Below are positions 28,550 through 37,765 of a stretch of DNA of 64,000 bases, one piece after another. Both the position numbers and the translations under genes were made by a program. How positions within the stretch are numbered: the first letter of the stretch is position 1; the number at the start of each line of letters is the position of its first letter. Source of the DNA: Desulfobacterales bacterium (GTDB taxonomy: Bacteria > Desulfobacterota > Desulfobacteria > Desulfobacterales > ETH-SRB1); contig JAUWQO010000002.1 of assembly GCA_030610995.1 (NCBI GenBank), positions 783-64,782 on the forward strand. Reading direction: 5' to 3'. The notes under the pieces were generated by a model. It was given only the letters and a program-made list of their open reading frames with translations. It searched no databases and was not told the DNA's origin.

Positions 28550-29596
28550 ATGTCAAAAATCTGCGTAGTCATTCCAGCATATAATGCAACTCAAACTATA
28601 AGGGATGTGGTCAAGGGATCGTTACAATATGTTTCTGATGTAATTGTTGCAGATGATGGTTCAACGGACAATACGGCTGATATTGCTGCCGAAGCAGGCG
28701 CCAGGGTCATGTTGATCGAGAAGAATTTTGGAAAAGGAAATGCATTGAAGGCGCTTTTCCGGAAGGCTATCGATGAAGGATATGATGCCGTAATAAGTGT
28801 GGATGCCGATGGGCAGCATGATCCTGCTGATATCCCCCGTTTCATTGAATCGCATTATAACTGTCCTGAATCCGTTATTGTTGGTTCCAGGATGCATCAC
28901 ATACATAAGATCCCGAGAGGGCGGTATAATTCGATGCATGTCGCGCGGTTCTATGTCTCTCTCGGTGCAAATCAATTCATAGAGGATACGCAGTGTGGTT
29001 TCAGACTCTATCCTCTCTCAACAGTCAAAAACATTCTTCTGACAACCGATCGATATGTGACGGAAACGGAATTTTTGTTAAAAGCGGGAGATTCGGGCGC
29101 CAAAATACGATCTCTTGAAATCGAAACGATATACAGCAATAATGTAAGCTACTTCAAACCTGTAACAGATATTGTTGCCATATCTTTCTATGTTATTTCT
29201 TATCTTCCCACCAAATGGTTTTTAGAGGCAATATCATCTGACAGGCCGAACACCTATTCACGGAACAATTTTCGAGATCTCATCGGCAAAAACAAAATAT
29301 TAGATATGGCCTTTGAGATATTTTCCGTGCTCACTGTTTTTCTTGTTCCTCCCTTTTTCATGATCCTGCGGCTTTTATTATCTCCTTTTATTAAAAATAA
29401 TTTTGCTTCAACCCGAAAGCTTCACTGCGGTTTCTTTAGAATTCTGATTACGACGTATCTGATTCCGCTCCTCTTGATCATTGCACCTGTAGAGAAGTTT
29501 TTAAACACCTCCGGCGTCAAGGTAAAGCTTGTGAACAGGTTTCTTAAGTATGTCGTTCCGTCTTTTCCGGGGGGACAGGGAAAGTATATACTGTAA
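28550..29596 (+). CDS. family 2 glycosyltransferase with C-terminal membrane domain
   Basis: VVIPAYNA...VADDGSTDNT...SVDADGQHD GT-A motifs, followed by about four TM helices. Confidence 0.8.
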   Translation: MSKICVVIPAYNATQTIRDVVKGSLQYVSDVIVADDGSTDNTADIAAEAGARVMLIEKNFGKGNALKALFRKAIDEGYDAVISVDADGQHDPADIPRFIESHYNCPESVIVGSRMHHIHKIPRGRYNSMHVARFYVSLGANQFIEDTQCGFRLYPLSTVKNILLTTDRYVTETEFLLKAGDSGAKIRSLEIETIYSNNVSYFKPVTDIVAISFYVISYLPTKWFLEAISSDRPNTYSRNNFRDLIGKNKILDMAFEIFSVLTVFLVPPFFMILRLLLSPFIKNNFASTRKLHCGFFRILITTYLIPLLLIIAPVEKFLNTSGVKVKLVNRFLKYVVPSFPGGQGKYIL

Positions 29597-29651
29597 GTGT
29601 CACAAATTCAAGACCATGGCGCATCTCTGGTTTCTTCCGTCTGATTTTGTT

Positions 29652-30200
29652 TTACTTTCCTATTGAATTCGCCAGAATAAAATCACCTAATAAAAAACCC
29701 ATCTTTTGCGCGAGTGACCTGTCGGCACCCCCAAAGCTCCATGCGGATGCGAAGGCATTCGGTGCTCCTATCAATTCTTTTTGAGCAATTACCATACCGT
29801 CAGCATCTATGAGTTTAACGTCTATATTCATGTTGGATCGTCCTGCAAATGCCCCGGCCCAGAAGCGAGCCGCCCCGGCGACAACCCTTAAACTCGTGAC
29901 ATTCATATCCACATACATAGTCGATCCCGTATATGAATTACCGCTATCCTGCTCTGTTTTCTTATATATGAGTTTCATCTGAAGATAATTGATTGCACTC
30001 TGCCTGCATTCCATCATCGGTCCCTCAGGGGCCTTAACGCCGGGATTTGCCGTAAAGTTTCTGAAGATGACGTTTTCGTACTTGAGATTTGCCTTTATGT
30101 CTGAGATCGATACTTTCTGTACAGGCGTTCTTACGGCACATGCGGTTACAAAGAAAATACAAACTACTAATAGAATATAATCCTTTGCTGACGATCTCAT
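29652..30200 (-). CDS. lipoprotein, DUF4410-like
   Basis: Lipobox FFVTAC. RFWAGAFAGRSNMNIDVKLIDADGMVI resembles DUF4410-type lipoproteins. Confidence 0.45.
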   Translation of the reverse strand: MRSSAKDYILLVVCIFFVTACAVRTPVQKVSISDIKANLKYENVIFRNFTANPGVKAPEGPMMECRQSAINYLQMKLIYKKTEQDSGNSYTGSTMYVDMNVTSLRVVAGAARFWAGAFAGRSNMNIDVKLIDADGMVIAQKELIGAPNAFASAWSFGGADRSLAQKMGFLLGDFILANSIGK

Positions 30201-30492
30201 ATTATGTTCCCTCCTTCTCTCAAATATATAATTGTTCTAAACTTACTTTCTCTCGTTGAGGCATGAAAAAATACATCCCGTTACTCATAGCAAAAATTTT
30301 CATAAAGGGCAAGAATTTATTTTCTATGGCAAGTGATGGATAAGAACGGGCCCATAAATAAGTAACCAAATCATGCTTAAAAGATAGTTGTTTACTTATT
30401 TATGGATGTCCCGCATTCCCCGCAAAAGTAAAATCTGTGGCGGACATGGGTGGGAAATGAGAAGGCCGAATATCTCATGGGGTATCGATGAA

Positions 30493-30834
30493 TTACTTAC
30501 AATAGACAAAGCCATCCTTTCCCTTGGCACACGCCTTTTGGTCAAACGGTTCATTTCTCGCTGGGAAAAACTTTAGAACGTTCTCAAGGAATTTTTCACT
30601 AGGTTCTATTGGCTCTCCCTGTGTATAGATTCCATGTTGCCATAACACATCTCCTCTTGTTGCATCGATAAAAACGAAATAAGATTCTACCATATCACTG
30701 ATATGACCATGACCATATGCTCCAAACATTCCAGCATTGAATTTATTGATCGCAGTATTTAAAAAAATGAAATGTGGTGACACCATACCTGTCCCCATAT
30801 GTTTTTTGTATTCTACCCTGGGGCATGGGGACAT
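30493..30834 (-). CDS. hypothetical protein (possibly a gene fragment)
   Basis: 113-aa ORF with no signal peptide and no motif I recognise. Confidence 0.3.
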   Translation of the reverse strand: MSPCPRVEYKKHMGTGMVSPHFIFLNTAINKFNAGMFGAYGHGHISDMVESYFVFIDATRGDVLWQHGIYTQGEPIEPSEKFLENVLKFFPARNEPFDQKACAKGKDGFVYCK

Positions 30835-30863
30835 CCCATGAAATTATGCGTTTCTATTATCAA

Positions 30864-31223
30864 TTATAATATCTTGCCAAAAACAGCATTTTTACCGCAC
30901 AATTTATCAATCCTGGCTTGAACAATACAATTTTTCAGATTATCTTTACCACTTACAAAAACAGGAACATAGTTTGAAGTTATTCCTTTCAAATGGCCTG
31001 TAGATCTTGATCGTGCGCCTTCTATTAAGAGTTCCACCTTTTCCCCGACAAGTTTTTGATAAAACGCCATTTTCTTATTATTTCCAAGCTCTCGCATTTT
31101 TTGACATCTTATTTTGATAGTATCCGTGGAGATTTGGTCCGGATAGCTGTTTGCGGGTGTTCCCTTGCGGGCGGAAAACGGAAAAACATGCAGATAGGTT
31201 CCTGGTAGTTTTTTTATTAGCCT
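30864..31223 (-). pseudogene. 3' fragment of an MtaB/MiaB-type methylthiotransferase (TRAM-domain end)
   Basis: The open frame reads LHVFPFSARKGTPANSYPDQIS...KVELLIEGARSRSTGHLKGITSNYVPVFV, matching the C-terminal roughly 115 aa of that family. The radical SAM core is absent. Confidence 0.55.
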
Positions 31224-31278
31224 TTAGTGTCGCAAAGCGGCATAATTTTCATAAATTACTTTAAGTATCGTTGTAAGG

Positions 31279-31620
31279 TTAACATGTTAAATGAAAACAG
31301 GCGCCGACCCTTTTTATAGATGACAGTTCATTATAAATTTTCATTGCCTTCTGGTTTGGCTGCGCAACAAACCTTATGCCTTTTTTAAGAAGCAGTTTAT
31401 CAAGTCCAGACTCAGGCCTCATCAATCCGCTGACACCGGTACCGGCAATAATGACTTCCGGATTAGATTCAACAAGTTTGTTTATATCGTCCAATGAAAG
31501 GCTGTGCCCTTTTCTCCGCCACCACGAATCATCTACATGTCCGTCAGGATAGATAATAAGGTCTGAAGTATATTGTTTTCCTTTAATAACAATGACCCCA
31601 AATGAACAGCTTGTAATCAC
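31279..31620 (-). CDS. Mth938-like (DUF498) domain protein
   Basis: 113 aa. SFGVIVIKGKQYTSDLIIYPDG...EVIIAGTGVSGLM pattern. Confidence 0.55.
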   Translation of the reverse strand: MITSCSFGVIVIKGKQYTSDLIIYPDGHVDDSWWRRKGHSLSLDDINKLVESNPEVIIAGTGVSGLMRPESGLDKLLLKKGIRFVAQPNQKAMKIYNELSSIKRVGACFHLTC

Positions 31621-31628
31621 TTTATTCC

Positions 31629-31846
31629 TCTATGCCCCTGATACCCCCATAAGCACTTAAATAAGCATTTTTTTAACCCCAGAGTAGTTGAGTAAAATTC
31701 ACAATTGACAATTAGCAATTGATTGTTGACAATTTGTATTAACAAATTAAGTAGTTATCGACACCGACCCATTTTGTATAATAATCAATAATCAATTGTG
31801 AATTACTAATTGTTAATGATTTCCCCCTTATTTGAGCGCCTATGCC
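31629..31846. repeat. nested palindrome (caattg/aattagc words)
   Basis: aaattcacaattgacaattagcaattgattgttgac faces aatcaataatcaattgtgaattactaattgttaat. Confidence 0.65.
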
Positions 31847-31984
31847 TAATACACCACGGAATTCTTGATTTTTCGTTAGAAACGATACTATTAATATATG
31901 ATATAAATCAAGCAACAATTCTAATTATGGCATTTTTTCTTTTACAATAATATCAAATAGTACAGATAAAATCGATATGTATTG

Positions 31985-32142
31985 ACTCAAGTTTCGCCCC
32001 CATTTTATTTATCTAAAGCTTTAAACTATAATGGCCGAAATAAATTTTTAGAGCGAAACATCAATATTATTTCACTTTAAAAATTGAATTCGGCCATTTA
32101 CCGCCTTGACACTGATAGAAATTAAGGGTGCGAAATTTGAGT
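31985..32142. repeat. short terminal-inverted-repeat element, copy 2 (full length)
   Basis: actcaagtttcgc pairs with gcgaaatttgagt (12/13). Contains an inner aatggccgaa/ttcggccatt hairpin that copy 1 lacks. Confidence 0.8.
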
Positions 32143-32143
32143 G

Positions 32144-32173
32144 TTGACATTAATTTTATTGATTTGGTATTAT
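32144..32173 (+). promoter_or_regulatory. candidate sigma-70 promoter for the cytochrome/sensor operon
   Basis: TTGACA (32144-32149), an 18-nt spacer and TATTAT (32168-32173), at the right edge of repeat copy 2. Confidence 0.3.
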
Positions 32174-32208
32174 TTACAAAATTTAAATTATGACTACAGG
32201 TGATTAAA

Positions 32209-32739
32209 ATGACCAAGTTCAAGTTTATTATTATTCTATTCATAGCCTTACTCCTTGAGGCAATTTTCTGTTCCCTCACGCCATCCTTGTTCCAACTCGG
32301 CGCCCGCGATGTTTTTGCCGCTGAAGAGCAATATTATATCGGCAACAGGAAATGCCGCCTCTGTCATTTCGAATACTTTAAGGGATGGGAAAAAGACCCC
32401 CATGCCAATGCCTTTGTACGGCTGGGAAGGATGCAAAACAACCCCTATTGTTTGAAATGTCACACCACAGGTTATCGCGAACCTCAGGGTTTTGTCAGCG
32501 AAAAGATTACACCGGAATTAAGGGGTGTCCAGTGCGAGGCCTGCCACGGACCAGGCAGCAAACACAAGGACAGCCCCTATGACAAGGAGGCGCTTCCGAT
32601 TGGAAGAAAAATAGATTATCAAAGTGTCTGCATTAAATGTCATGATCGCAACTGGACACCGGAATTTGATTATGAAAAATACCGGAAGCGGATTGAACAC
32701 AAAATCGAGCCTAAAGTAAAAAAAGAGGTGTCTCCATAG
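32209..32739 (+). CDS. tetrahaem cytochrome c
   Basis: Four CxxCH motifs (CRLCH, CLKCH, CEACH, CIKCH) and a signal peptide. ATG 32209 has AGGTGA 6 nt upstream. Confidence 0.85.
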   Translation: MTKFKFIIILFIALLLEAIFCSLTPSLFQLGARDVFAAEEQYYIGNRKCRLCHFEYFKGWEKDPHANAFVRLGRMQNNPYCLKCHTTGYREPQGFVSEKITPELRGVQCEACHGPGSKHKDSPYDKEALPIGRKIDYQSVCIKCHDRNWTPEFDYEKYRKRIEHKIEPKVKKEVSP

Positions 32740-33603
32740 ATGAAAAACATCAAAGAAATTAAAATCGCCTTTAGTATCTGTATTGTTCTCTTTCTTATTA
32801 TCAGCTCCATTGTTTTATTAAATGTCAGGGCAATCCCGAAATACTCCCATATGATCGACAGCGGAAAAGAGATACAGGAGTTAGTATCGGAGATGAAATT
32901 ACAGGCAAAGAGTTATCTCCTCCACCATAACGATGACGCGTTAGACAATATTAAAGATAAAATAAGCGAATTGCGAGAGATACTCTCTTTTTATGAAAAA
33001 CCAGCGTTTGCCGGAAAGCCGGAAGACTTTTTCGAATTTTCCATCTGGGAAGAGACCATAAACATTTATGAGCGATTGTTCGATCAGCTCGTTCTATATC
33101 ATGAAGCCATTGATAAAAACATCGCCGAGATAAGAGATTTAGAAAAAAATATTCTCGCGGTCATATATTCAAAAATGAATCCCGAGCGCGGCATCATTGC
33201 CCTGCAGGAGATTCGCATACATGAAAAGGGGTACATCATCTACCGAAATCATTCCAGACCTCCGGATGAAATCGCTTTTGAGGATAAGCGGAAGGAAGCA
33301 GTGACAAATCTTTTGATCTGGTCGCAGAAGGATAAGAGGATTGGGGAATTAATGAGCAAAGACAACCTGCTCTTTAACGAGATTATAAAGAACTATGAGT
33401 ATCAGGATAATACCTTGCGTGCCCTAAAAACAGAGGGTAAAAAAGTAAGAAACATAGCCGAAAAATTTTTGAAAAAAGGAGGTATGGAATTATATACTAT
33501 TTATCGTCGCTGCGCTTTTCTTTGCGTAATCCTTTTGATTGTATGTCTAATCGCCGCCGTTCCGATTGCAATAACCCTGATTTCTGATAAGAAGCGGAGC
33601 TGA
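32740..33603 (+). CDS. bitopic membrane protein with coiled extracytoplasmic region, unknown function
   Basis: N- and C-terminal TM helices. Abuts the cytochrome stop codon and precedes the kinase gene. Confidence 0.45.
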   Translation: MKNIKEIKIAFSICIVLFLIISSIVLLNVRAIPKYSHMIDSGKEIQELVSEMKLQAKSYLLHHNDDALDNIKDKISELREILSFYEKPAFAGKPEDFFEFSIWEETINIYERLFDQLVLYHEAIDKNIAEIRDLEKNILAVIYSKMNPERGIIALQEIRIHEKGYIIYRNHSRPPDEIAFEDKRKEAVTNLLIWSQKDKRIGELMSKDNLLFNEIIKNYEYQDNTLRALKTEGKKVRNIAEKFLKKGGMELYTIYRRCAFLCVILLIVCLIAAVPIAITLISDKKRS

Positions 33604-33611
33604 GTTCACAT

Positions 33612-35549
33612 ATGCAATCCCCAAAAGACATGGGCATCCGGGCCAAGATTATAGCGGCTATGATTGCATTGCTTGTCTTCATAGCGCTGCTATCCTTCTG
33701 GGCCAGCTATATGCACGAAAAAAAGAGCCTTCTTACCAACATGCAGGATAATGCCGTTATCTTGAATCGTGCATTGATTATCAGTATCACAAACCAGAAA
33801 ATTATTGCCGAAAAGGTAAACCTGCAAACGCTCGTGGAGGAATTGTCCCTGACTGAAGGGATTTTCGGCGTATGGGTCATAGATAGTAGTTGTCGAATTA
33901 CATCCGCCACATTCAGGGAGCAGGTTGGGGAAGTTGCATCCTCCCATCTAATTTCAAATGCATTAGAAAATGGTTACTATGTCAGCGGATTTGACACCAA
34001 AATGGGAGAGCAGGTCTATTCAGCGGTTTACCCTCTTAAAAAGGGTGATAAGATTCTGGGGTTGTTAGAGGTTGCCTTTGAATTGCGCGAATATCTGCGT
34101 GCGCGCCCAAGAGATCAGGTGCAACTTGCCGCCCAGATGAAGAGAGACAGCCGCATCATGGCTGAATCGCTCAGTTACAGTATCGAAAACATGCGGGATG
34201 TAAACGAACTGATCCATATTCAAAGATTAGTGGACAGATTAACAGTGGAATCCGAGATTATTTCCCGGATAATGATTGTCGACGACAACAGCCGTATCAC
34301 AGCGTGCAGTGACTTGAGTAAAGTCGGCACGATTGCCGCTGATAAGGGGGTTAAGGCAATTATCAATGGGGCGGAAATCTACACCAGGTTAGCCCCACGT
34401 CAAAAAATATATATGTTTGATATGCCGCTGAGAATCGATGATGAATTTAAAGGAGTGGTAAGTATCGGTTATGATGCAACAGAGTATTATGCGCGTTTGT
34501 CTGAAATCTTCCGCTTTGGGATGCTGATCTCCGGTATGGGTATTCTTATGGGGATACTCCTCTCCTTTCAAGTAGCCAACCCAATTATTAGACCCATCCA
34601 GCGCCTGACAGAAGTTACAAAAGGACTGGCAGCAGGAGATCTTTCTCAAAGGGCTGCTGTAAACTCCAAAGATGAGATTGGCGCTCTGGCTGTGGCCTTC
34701 AACAAGATGGCTGAAGATCTGGCCTATTCAAAAGACAAAATAGATCAATATAGCAAGACCCTTGAAAAAAAGGTACGGCAACGCACCCAGGATTTGGAAA
34801 AAACCAACCGGGAATTAATAGTAACCCAAAATGAGCTGATGGAATCCAACATAGCCAAGTCAGAATTCTTAGGCATAACCTCTCATGAGCTTCGCACACC
34901 CCTGACCACCCTTTTGGGATACAGCGAGCTCCTCCTGACAAGAGATTTGACGGAAAAACAGAAAAAGGAATTTTTGGGCTTTATTAATGAGGAATCGATC
35001 CACCTGAGCAAGATTGTTGATGATCTGCTCGATATCTCACGGATAGGAGCTCAAAAGGATTTTGGGCTTGTAAAAAAGCCTGTCGATTTAGCTGATATCT
35101 TATTGAAAAACACTAACTTTTATTCCGGAGTAGAGACCGGCAAAAGCATTATTGTAGATACGGAAGAAAATCTTCCCCTTGTAAGCGCGGATAAAGAAAG
35201 AATAGACCAGGTTGTGAAGAACATTCTTGATAATGCAATTAAATACTCTCCGGACGGCGATATTGTGTGCAAGGCTTTTGCGAAAGATGATATGGTCTGG
35301 ATTGGCATACAAGATTACGGCATTGGAATATCAAAGCAGGATCTTCCCTATATCTTTGATAAGTTTTTCCGGGTAAAGCGAAAGAAAACAGCTAAAATCG
35401 TCGGCACAGGTCTTGGTATGTCCATTGTAAAACATATTGTAGAATCTCATAATGGAAAGATAGATATAGAAAGCGAACTTGGGAAAGGAACAACGATTGT
35501 TTTCGGACTTCCTCGACTACTCGACTACGTTCGGAAGGATACAGACTAA
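33612..35549 (+). CDS. HAMP-domain sensor histidine kinase
   Basis: HAMP (IQRLTEVTKGLAAGDLSQRA...IGALAVAFNKMAEDL), H-box (SHELRTPL) and HATPase G-boxes. Confidence 0.85.
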   Translation: MQSPKDMGIRAKIIAAMIALLVFIALLSFWASYMHEKKSLLTNMQDNAVILNRALIISITNQKIIAEKVNLQTLVEELSLTEGIFGVWVIDSSCRITSATFREQVGEVASSHLISNALENGYYVSGFDTKMGEQVYSAVYPLKKGDKILGLLEVAFELREYLRARPRDQVQLAAQMKRDSRIMAESLSYSIENMRDVNELIHIQRLVDRLTVESEIISRIMIVDDNSRITACSDLSKVGTIAADKGVKAIINGAEIYTRLAPRQKIYMFDMPLRIDDEFKGVVSIGYDATEYYARLSEIFRFGMLISGMGILMGILLSFQVANPIIRPIQRLTEVTKGLAAGDLSQRAAVNSKDEIGALAVAFNKMAEDLAYSKDKIDQYSKTLEKKVRQRTQDLEKTNRELIVTQNELMESNIAKSEFLGITSHELRTPLTTLLGYSELLLTRDLTEKQKKEFLGFINEESIHLSKIVDDLLDISRIGAQKDFGLVKKPVDLADILLKNTNFYSGVETGKSIIVDTEENLPLVSADKERIDQVVKNILDNAIKYSPDGDIVCKAFAKDDMVWIGIQDYGIGISKQDLPYIFDKFFRVKRKKTAKIVGTGLGMSIVKHIVESHNGKIDIESELGKGTTIVFGLPRLLDYVRKDTD

Positions 35550-35915
35550 ATGAAAAAGATATTGATAGTCGATGACGAGAAAAAAGTAAGAAGGCTGGTA
35601 GAAGTCACGCTTTCTATAGACGAGCTTGAGATTCTGCATGCATCATCAGGCGAAGAGGGCTTAATGAAAGCACGAGAGTCCATGCCGGATATTATTTTAC
35701 TTGATGTTATGATGCCGGGGTTGGATGGTATTGAGGTATGCAGGCTTCTCAAAAAAGACCCTGCCACAAAGCATATCTATATCATTATGCTTACAGCCAA
35801 AGGACAACAAGCGGATAAGAAAAAGGGGTTTGCCGCAGGCGCTGACGAATATTTTGTAAAGCCGTTTAGTCCCATGAACTTGATGGATAAGATAAATAAG
35901 ATTCTTAATAAATAG
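35550..35915 (+). CDS. single-domain CheY-like response regulator
   Basis: ILIVDDE...ILLDVMMPGLDG...MLTAKG receiver motifs; 121 aa. Confidence 0.9.
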   Translation: MKKILIVDDEKKVRRLVEVTLSIDELEILHASSGEEGLMKARESMPDIILLDVMMPGLDGIEVCRLLKKDPATKHIYIIMLTAKGQQADKKKGFAAGADEYFVKPFSPMNLMDKINKILNK

Positions 35916-35972
35916 TCGAGTAGTCGAGTGGGAAATTGGTCGAGTGGTTAACTACTCGACCACTCGACCAAT
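35914..35972. repeat. ggtcgagt-word hairpin
   Basis: aattggtcgagtggttaac faces tactcgaccactcgaccaatt. The same words occur at 37222-37273 and 52961-53106. Confidence 0.8.
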
Positions 35973-35992
35973 TAAAAAGGAGAAAACACATT

Positions 35993-37222
35993 TTGCAAAA
36001 GATATGGCTTGGCATTATCGCGATTTTGATAGGTCTTGGTGTTTATAGCCTTTACGGCTATCTTCAGTTGGAATTGCCGCTGATAGAAGAGAGAATGGAT
36101 TTAAAGCAGCCGGTGGCCTCAGATATTCTTCCCGCTCCCGGCGTAACTTCCAATGAGATAGTAATCGGTTCATCTCTGGCTCTTGGCGGACATGCGGGCT
36201 TTTTGGGAACGCAATACCTGCACGGCGCTATGTGCTTGATCGAGCAAATAAACAGCGAGGGCGGCATCCACCACCGCAAGATCAGGCTGATTGCCCATGA
36301 TGATGGATATGATCCGCCGCGATGTGTAACCAACACAAACCGGTTAATCTATAAAGACAAGGTGTTTTGCCTTTTCTGTTATGTGGGAACACCGACCACT
36401 GTAAAGATCATAGACATCGTTGAAAAGACCAAGACCCCGCTTCTCGGTATTTTTAGCGGAGCCGATAAGCTCCGTTTTCCTTTCCGGCACTATATCTTTA
36501 ATGTTCGATCATCTTACTACCACGAAACCAATGCTATTGTCCGTTATTTTGTGGAGAAAAAAGGGCTGCGCCGCATAGCAGTATTCTATCAATATGACGA
36601 CTATGGCCTTGACGGGCTTAAAGGGACACAGATCGCCCTGCAAAAATATAATCTTTCTCCAGTGGCCACGGGAAGTTTTGTAAGGGGAACCGTAGAGATC
36701 AAGGAAGCCCTTGATAAGATTCGATCTTCTAAGGCAAAGGCTGTCATCATGATAGGGACCTACAGCCCGTGTGCCGAGTTTATAAAAGAGGCCAGGGCCG
36801 GCGGGTATAATCCTTTATTTCATAATGTCTCTTTTGTTGGGGGAGATAAACTGGTCCAGGAGCTTGGTGATTTTGCTGAGGGGGTCTTGATTACCCAGGT
36901 TGTGCCTCCGCCTACTGAACGGCTTCTTCTGCCTGCATGCGAGCAATATTCCCGTCTGTTAGCCAAGTATTATCCGCAGGATAACCCAAACTTTGTAGGT
37001 TTTGAAGGTTTTATTAACGCCAGAATCCTGATCGAAGCCTTGAGACGGGCAGGGCGAGATATTTCGAGGGAAGGGTTTATCAGGGCACTAGAGTCTATTA
37101 AAGAACATTATGTAGGAATCGGAGCGGTTATTAATTTCGGACCGCGGGATCACCAGGGGATGGATGACGTATACCTTACTCAGGTCAGGGATGGGCACCT
37201 GCGGCTTATATTATATAAGTAA
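35993..37222 (+). CDS. membrane-anchored LivK-like (PBP type 1) ligand-binding protein
   Basis: Start uncertain. TTG 35993 follows AGGAG, whereas the tracked start lies inside a repeat. One TM helix, then a branched-chain amino acid binding-protein-like fold (IVIGSSLALGGHAGFLG...). Confidence 0.7.
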   Translation: MQKIWLGIIAILIGLGVYSLYGYLQLELPLIEERMDLKQPVASDILPAPGVTSNEIVIGSSLALGGHAGFLGTQYLHGAMCLIEQINSEGGIHHRKIRLIAHDDGYDPPRCVTNTNRLIYKDKVFCLFCYVGTPTTVKIIDIVEKTKTPLLGIFSGADKLRFPFRHYIFNVRSSYYHETNAIVRYFVEKKGLRRIAVFYQYDDYGLDGLKGTQIALQKYNLSPVATGSFVRGTVEIKEALDKIRSSKAKAVIMIGTYSPCAEFIKEARAGGYNPLFHNVSFVGGDKLVQELGDFAEGVLITQVVPPPTERLLLPACEQYSRLLAKYYPQDNPNFVGFEGFINARILIEALRRAGRDISREGFIRALESIKEHYVGIGAVINFGPRDHQGMDDVYLTQVRDGHLRLILYK

Positions 37223-37273
37223 ATTGGTCGAGTAGGAAATTAGTCGAGTCGAAAATAGTTGACCACTCGACCG
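37222..37273. repeat. ggtcgagt-word hairpin
   Basis: aaattggtcgagtaggaaattagtcgagtcgaaaatagttgaccactcgacc. Confidence 0.75.
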
Positions 37274-37368
37274 CATAAAAAAGAATTCGGGGTTGGCGTC
37301 CCATAAGCGCTAAGTCGTTTTGTAAACATTCACAGGTTGCATTTATGCCATACGGAGTTGTTTTGAAA

Positions 37369-37745
37369 GATGAACGTCCAACACCCGTCCGCCTCGCAAG
37401 CGAAGCGTTGCGGGCAGGTCGAACATTGAACGTCGAATAATGATGTCGCTCCGCTCCTCAAATTAGCGCACCTTCGGTGCGAACATAAGTGCCTTGTGAG
37501 CTAAAGTATATTAAAGTGCCTAAAGTTAAGGAATGCGCCTTCGGCGCTGCCAGTTTTAATTTTTTTCACCATACAACTTTGCTCATTTTGTTTCTATCTG
37601 AACTTATAACCAAGCCCTGAAAATCTATAGCACGCCGAAGGCGTACCACAACTTTAGGCATTTTAGGCACTTTAGCTCACTTTAGTTTTTATTCATCTTT
37701 TCCCATTCAACATTCGATGTTGGACGTTCGATGTTCGATGTTCAT
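37369..37745. repeat. composite palindrome of about 380 bp (gttcgatg words, gtgcctaaag words, cgccttcggcg stem)
   Basis: Left-arm modules (gatgaacgtccaacac, gagctaaagtatattaaagtgcctaaag, gcgccttcggcg) reappear in reverse-complement order on the right (cgccgaaggcg, ctttaggcattttaggcactttagctc, gatgttggacgttcgatg). Confidence 0.75.
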
Positions 37746-37765
37746 TTTTTTCAGTTTACTTTTTA

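Noticed and set aside
30326-30337. 12-mer atggcaagtgat shared with 57842-57853.
   Set aside because: By a rough expectation, on the order of a hundred chance 12-mer pairs are expected in 64 kb. The contexts differ (upstream of one gene, downstream of another).
30521-30540. Sigma-54 promoter-like TGGCAC boxes at 30524 and 39721, which would be possible NtrX targets.
   Set aside because: The -12 element fails: TTTT instead of TTGC at the N5 spacing in the first, and TTGCA only at N11 spacing in the second. Both also lie in implausible contexts.
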